40,739 nucleotides of DNA, taken from Tolypothrix carrinoi HA7290-LM1 (GTDB taxonomy: Bacteria > Cyanobacteriota > Cyanobacteriia > Cyanobacteriales > Nostocaceae). Positions 36,978 to 40,739 of this stretch are shown in pieces. Location of the stretch: contig JAHHIK010000076.1 of assembly GCA_019358935.1 (NCBI GenBank), forward strand, positions 1-40,739. The letters are read 5' to 3'. The position numbers and the translations under genes were made by a program. The notes beneath the pieces are model-generated. The model ran no database searches and was not told the DNA's origin. It worked only from the letters and a program-made list of their open reading frames with translations. Each line of letters opens with the position of its first letter. The first letter of the stretch is position 1.

Positions 36978-38150
36978 TTATTTTGGCAGTTTACTCCCAC
37001 AATCGCGCTTGCGTCGTAAAACTGTACCCAACGCACCTACTGTCAACAAACCCAACGCAAAACCTGATTCTGGAACAGAAGTAGTTGGCTCTTGATAATC
37101 CGAGTCTGCGCGGAACACCCCAGTTCTACCATCTGCAAGTTTGGCATAAAAGACAAACTGGTTCTTATCGTTTAACCCGCGATTGGAAAAATAAAGGTCT
37201 GTTACTGTCGAGCCAAACAGAGAATCCCCCAAAGCAATGACTTTATCAGTTTCCGGGTTTGCTCCTGTGTAAATACCCAAACCCCCTCCCCTGAGGACAC
37301 CTTTAAAAGCTACAGTACCCTGATTGTTAATTGCAGGGTTCTCGAAGAAGTCAAAAACACTGCTGTTGTCAGCTATTTTGGTCAGTGTTTGACCGTCACC
37401 AATATAAATGCCTTCACCTGCCAAGTTATCAAGAACACCCTTAAAGGCTACTGTGCCTGCATTGTTGATGGCAGGGTTGAACAAAAAGTCAAAGTCTCCA
37501 TTAGTGTCAGCGATGGTGGTCGTATTTCCACCATTAACAGTGTATATACCACGACTTCTATCTTTCAGTTCGGCTGTGAAAGCGACGGTGCCTGCGCTAT
37601 TAATTGCGATTCCCTCAAAACGGCTATAGGGACTGGTGTCACTAGTATCGGCGATGGTAGTATTGATTCCGTCGTTATTGGTTAAGACGGCACGAACTCC
37701 TTGATCTAGAATTTGCGAGAAGGTTACAGTACCTTTACTATTGATGGCGAGATCGCCTAAAGCAGCAGGAACTCTGCTGTAAGCAATGGGAGCAGCATTT
37801 TCACCTGTATAAATGCCAACACCTCCTTCATCCAGAGCAGCTTTAAAAGCGACAATACCTTTGTCGGCGATCGCAGGGGGAAAAAATGAGCTAAACTGAC
37901 CGCTGCTGTCAGCAATCTGACTCGTATTCTCCCCACTACCAATGTAGATGCCACTTCCCCCCGCATCTAGATCGGCAGAGAAGGTAACAGTGCCTTCGTT
38001 GTTGATCGCAGGGTAGAAACCGAACTTACTAAAAAGGTCGTTGCTGTCAGCAATTTTAGTGTAAGTGAAAGCAAAAGCCTCACTGTTAACTAGCAAGCTC
38101 AGAGCAAGACCAACTGCGGTAGCCACTGAGAACCGTTTGATTGCAATCAT
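36978..38150 (-). CDS. PEP-CTERM-sorted surface protein with NxxGxxAF tandem repeats (probable beta-propeller)
   Basis: Signal peptide ending AFA; about 7 repeats of IADS..F..PAINNxGTVAF; C-terminal VPES + transmembrane helix + RRKR. Confidence 0.88.
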   Translation of the reverse strand: MIAIKRFSVATAVGLALSLLVNSEAFAFTYTKIADSNDLFSKFGFYPAINNEGTVTFSADLDAGGSGIYIGSGENTSQIADSSGQFSSFFPPAIADKGIVAFKAALDEGGVGIYTGENAAPIAYSRVPAALGDLAINSKGTVTFSQILDQGVRAVLTNNDGINTTIADTSDTSPYSRFEGIAINSAGTVAFTAELKDRSRGIYTVNGGNTTTIADTNGDFDFLFNPAINNAGTVAFKGVLDNLAGEGIYIGDGQTLTKIADNSSVFDFFENPAINNQGTVAFKGVLRGGGLGIYTGANPETDKVIALGDSLFGSTVTDLYFSNRGLNDKNQFVFYAKLADGRTGVFRADSDYQEPTTSVPESGFALGLLTVGALGTVLRRKRDCGSKLPK

Positions 38151-38191
38151 GGGATTTTAGAAGTATTTAAATATACACTATATCAATTTTC

Positions 38192-38212
38192 CTGAATCCA
38201 AAAATGATTCAG
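38192..38212. promoter_or_regulatory. Possible operator-like inverted repeat CTGAATC-N7-GATTCAG upstream of the PEP-CTERM gene
   Basis: Perfect 7-bp inverted repeat 42-62 bp upstream of the ATG. Confidence 0.3.
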
Positions 38213-38308
38213 ACAGGCAGGTTAATTAAATTAATCTTAATATACAAAGTAATTAATAAATCTTCGATAAACTTCAGCATTTATACTGAATAATTTGCTA
38301 CTGCGTAC

Positions 38309-38524
38309 AAGTAAGTGGGCGAAACTAAACTTAAAATACTCTCCTTCGTAGATACGTAGGGTGCCGTACTCTCACAGCTAACGCACTCCTCTCCTTGATA
38401 ATGGTGCGTGATTGTTGAAATCCGTAACGCACCCTACAATACTGAAAATCGCTGTAAAATATCGTAGTGAGCGGTTTACCGCTCATATCTTCGGTTTTAA
38501 GCGGCTCTATCCGCTTACTACTAA
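38309..38524. mobile_element. Inverted relative of the 28312-28455 element, carrying a nested GTAGGGTGC..GCACCCTAC REP-like insert
   Basis: 38309-38338 matches the reverse complement of 28425-28454 at 28/30; same TGAGCGG..CCGCTCA hairpin; nested insert flanked by a TAAAATA duplication (38332-38338, 38455-38461). Confidence 0.75.
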
Positions 38525-39807
38525 CTAAATTTTTGGCTAAATTCATTAACATGCCCGACAACTGTATTGTTATTTAAAGTGTCATTGACAAACTGTGAAG
38601 TGTTGAGAACAAAAAAATCGTTGTGTTCGGTGACTATCTTTGGTACCAAGTGGGAATAGTTTAAGACTTGTAATGGTTGCATTTTCATCGCACGATTAAT
38701 ATGTGCTGCCACGATGTCATCTGCCTTAAGTTGTGGAAACATTAAATGCAATCCCCGAAAAAATAATGAGCGCAATTCATCGTCTGTTTGTTTGAGCAGA
38801 GGATCGTCGGAATGTACGTATTTCGGTAAGTAGGTAAGATGCAGTCCCGCTGTCTCCTGTAAAGAAACTAAATTGCTCATACCCAAAACCCCCGTAAAGG
38901 GAATACGTCGATCGGCAAGATTGACTATGTAATAAGGAACCAAAGCCTTGCGGGTAATCACTGACATGCAGATTACACCGAGATATTCTACTGTAGAGTC
39001 GCCAATTTGCACCAAGCTGCGATCGGCAATTTGTTGGAGAATATTTACAGGTCCGGTAAAGATTACTTTGTCAAAATGCTTTTTTGCCTTATTATGTTCA
39101 ACCCACAGTCCACCTTTTGAATCTGGTTTAACATATTTAACTGCAACACCAGTGCAAATATTACCCCCAGCAGCACAAATTAATTTTTCTAATTGGTCAA
39201 AAACAGTTTTGTAACCACCCGCTACATAACCAAGTTGTTCTTTATGCAACTTGCTATCACGAGCGGAAAACAGCCGTTTAATATACGACCAAATAAAGAC
39301 TGCTGAGACACGCTTATAATTCTCTCCGAGTTTGGCTAACAATAAAGGTTGCCAAAGCTTTTCGTATGTATTTCTGCCGGAGATTTTTAACAACCAATCT
39401 TCAACGGTAATTTTCTCTAACCGTCGCCAATTCTTAATTCTCGAACCATATAGCAAAGTTAAAGCTAACCGAAACTTGCCGATAATAGTTAGCGGTGGAA
39501 AGCGGAGAAATTCTATAGTATTGCTAATTGAATATAATTTCTGGTCTATGTAACATCCTGTAAGAGTAGGACGCCAACGCAGCTTATCCCCTAAATTAAT
39601 TTCCTTAATAAAATTTATTAAATAAGTATCAGATGGGAGAATAACATGATAAAATCGATCCCAAACGAAGGAACCGTAATCATGGTAAGTAGCAAGTCCG
39701 CCGAGTTGGTTGTTGCTTTCAAAGACCGTTACTTTATGACCTTGCTGCGAAAGTCGGTAGGCTAATGTTAGCCCCATCATTCCGCCGCCAATAACAGCAA
39801 TATTCAT
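38521..39807 (-). CDS. NAD(P)/FAD-dependent oxidoreductase (amine oxidase/HemY-like family often found in glycan loci)
   Basis: IAVIGGGMMGLTLAYRL..VTVFE..LGGL Rossmann motif; DRFYHVI; GYVAGGY. Confidence 0.88.
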   Translation of the reverse strand: MNIAVIGGGMMGLTLAYRLSQQGHKVTVFESNNQLGGLATYHDYGSFVWDRFYHVILPSDTYLINFIKEINLGDKLRWRPTLTGCYIDQKLYSISNTIEFLRFPPLTIIGKFRLALTLLYGSRIKNWRRLEKITVEDWLLKISGRNTYEKLWQPLLLAKLGENYKRVSAVFIWSYIKRLFSARDSKLHKEQLGYVAGGYKTVFDQLEKLICAAGGNICTGVAVKYVKPDSKGGLWVEHNKAKKHFDKVIFTGPVNILQQIADRSLVQIGDSTVEYLGVICMSVITRKALVPYYIVNLADRRIPFTGVLGMSNLVSLQETAGLHLTYLPKYVHSDDPLLKQTDDELRSLFFRGLHLMFPQLKADDIVAAHINRAMKMQPLQVLNYSHLVPKIVTEHNDFFVLNTSQFVNDTLNNNTVVGHVNEFSQKFS

Positions 39808-39819
39808 GATTTAATATAT

Positions 39820-40590
39820 TTACTTGATTGCTTCAACATAAAGACTCTCGGAGGCTCTTATTTGTTGATCGATAGATAATTCATCCATCAACGACTTACC
39901 AAAAGCCTGCCTTTGCACTTTTGAGAAACCATATTTGTACAAAATAAACTCAAGGGTTTCATAATCGTATGCATATTTATGTTCATACTGTTGGCGAAAT
40001 ACAAAATTAATTAATTCCATCCTGGTATTATATTTAAATTTAAAGTGAAAATCTGTGAGATCCGAATCCAGAGGTCTAATAATACTTAGTTCTTCCCAAC
40101 CTCCCTGACAGTAAGCATACAAATACTTTTCAATATCCGGAACAATTATACGTATTATTCCTCCCGGTTTTAAGACTCGATAACATTCGGATAAAAATAA
40201 TGGTACTTCCTCTACATAATCTATATGTTCAAAGAAATGTTCAGTAAAAATACCTTTTACTGAATTGTCTGGGAACGGAAGACTCTTGCGACAATCACAA
40301 ACACAGTTAATACCTGGAGCTTCGGAAATATCTACATTAATCCAGTCTGCTTTAGCATGAGGACCTGCACCCACATTTACTAATAAATCCTTAGCATTTT
40401 CATACTTCTGGGATAATTTTTTGCTTTTAGCTTTTATCAGTGCCGCAGATATCTCATACTGAGAATTTAAGTATGCATATTGTGGGATTAATTGCTCTTG
40501 CCAAAATCTATTAATTATCCTATGGTGATAGTTTACATACGTTTGTAGAGGAATGAGTTTATATAGTAAACGTTTAACTAGCTGTTTCAT
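39820..40590 (-). CDS. Class I SAM-dependent methyltransferase
   Basis: VNVGAG, WINVD, EHFFEHI, RVLKPGGIIRIIVPD. Confidence 0.88.
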   Translation of the reverse strand: MKQLVKRLLYKLIPLQTYVNYHHRIINRFWQEQLIPQYAYLNSQYEISAALIKAKSKKLSQKYENAKDLLVNVGAGPHAKADWINVDISEAPGINCVCDCRKSLPFPDNSVKGIFTEHFFEHIDYVEEVPLFLSECYRVLKPGGIIRIIVPDIEKYLYAYCQGGWEELSIIRPLDSDLTDFHFKFKYNTRMELINFVFRQQYEHKYAYDYETLEFILYKYGFSKVQRQAFGKSLMDELSIDQQIRASESLYVEAIK

Positions 40591-40617
40591 AAGATTTGCT
40601 TTTAGACTCAGAATTAC

Positions 40618-40739
40618 GTAAGGATTCAGGCCTAAAGTTAAGGTATTAAAGATGGTGCTTGCATATCAGGGTTGACCATTGCTTTCATAGCTTGCTCAAA
40701 AAATTCAATTACGGAACGTCCTTGGCGACGGCAAGTTTG
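40618..40739 (-). mobile_element. End of an IS66-family insertion sequence, truncated by the window
   Basis: Terminus GTAAGGATTCAGG at 40618 (IS66 inverted repeats begin GTAA), 20 bp beyond a transposase-like stop codon. Confidence 0.8.
40638..40739 (-). CDS. IS66-family transposase, C-terminal 33 aa (partial; not in the ORF track)
   Basis: Hand translation QTCRRQGRSVIEFFEQAMKAMVNPDMQAPSLIP*; TCRxQGR..PSL is typical of IS66 transposase C-termini. Confidence 0.78.
   Translation of the reverse strand, partial: QTCRRQGRSVIEFFEQAMKAMVNPDMQAPSLIP

Larger units (their letters stand above)
1068..37875. repeat. Dispersed HIP1 octamers (GCGATCGC), about 40 by eye
   Basis: Examples at 1068, 5401, 15311, 19211, 29751, 35461; about 1 per kb, characteristic of many cyanobacteria. 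Confidence 0.9.

Noticed and set aside
38331..38561. 76-aa ORF after the oxidoreductase
   Set aside because: Almost entirely read through nested repeat elements
38521..39807. Protoporphyrinogen oxidase (hemY) call
   Set aside because: Only the FAD-binding fold is supported and the context is glycan biosynthesis, so no symbol was assigned

Overview
Filamentous-cyanobacterium-like DNA, judged from roughly 40 HIP1 GCGATCGC octamers counted by eye, heptameric STRR-type repeats and Nostocales-type mini-repeats. Positions 237-28.1 kb hold a tightly packed minus-strand surface-polysaccharide cluster. It encodes 9 GT-B/GT4-type, 7 GT2 and 1 GT11-like glycosyltransferases, a Wzy-like polymerase, a Wzt ABC ATPase with no adjacent Wzm, a UDP-GlcNAc 2-epimerase, and tailoring enzymes (NodU/CmcH carbamoyltransferase, 3 SAM methyltransferases, a PhyH-like dioxygenase). 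Positions 28.4-38.3 kb form a distinct block: a Tat-like secreted protein, two mosaic paralogous DUF4082 + Ig-like + dimethylformamidase-like proteins flanking a GT-C membrane glycosyltransferase, and a PEP-CTERM protein. This block is bracketed by inverted copies of one composite mini-element. A FAD oxidoreductase, a fourth methyltransferase and the end of an IS66-family element close the window. Several MITE/SDR-like mini-elements have rewritten protein sequences, including a 38-aa in-frame insertion in a glycosyltransferase linker. All family assignments come from motif recognition by eye; no searches were run.
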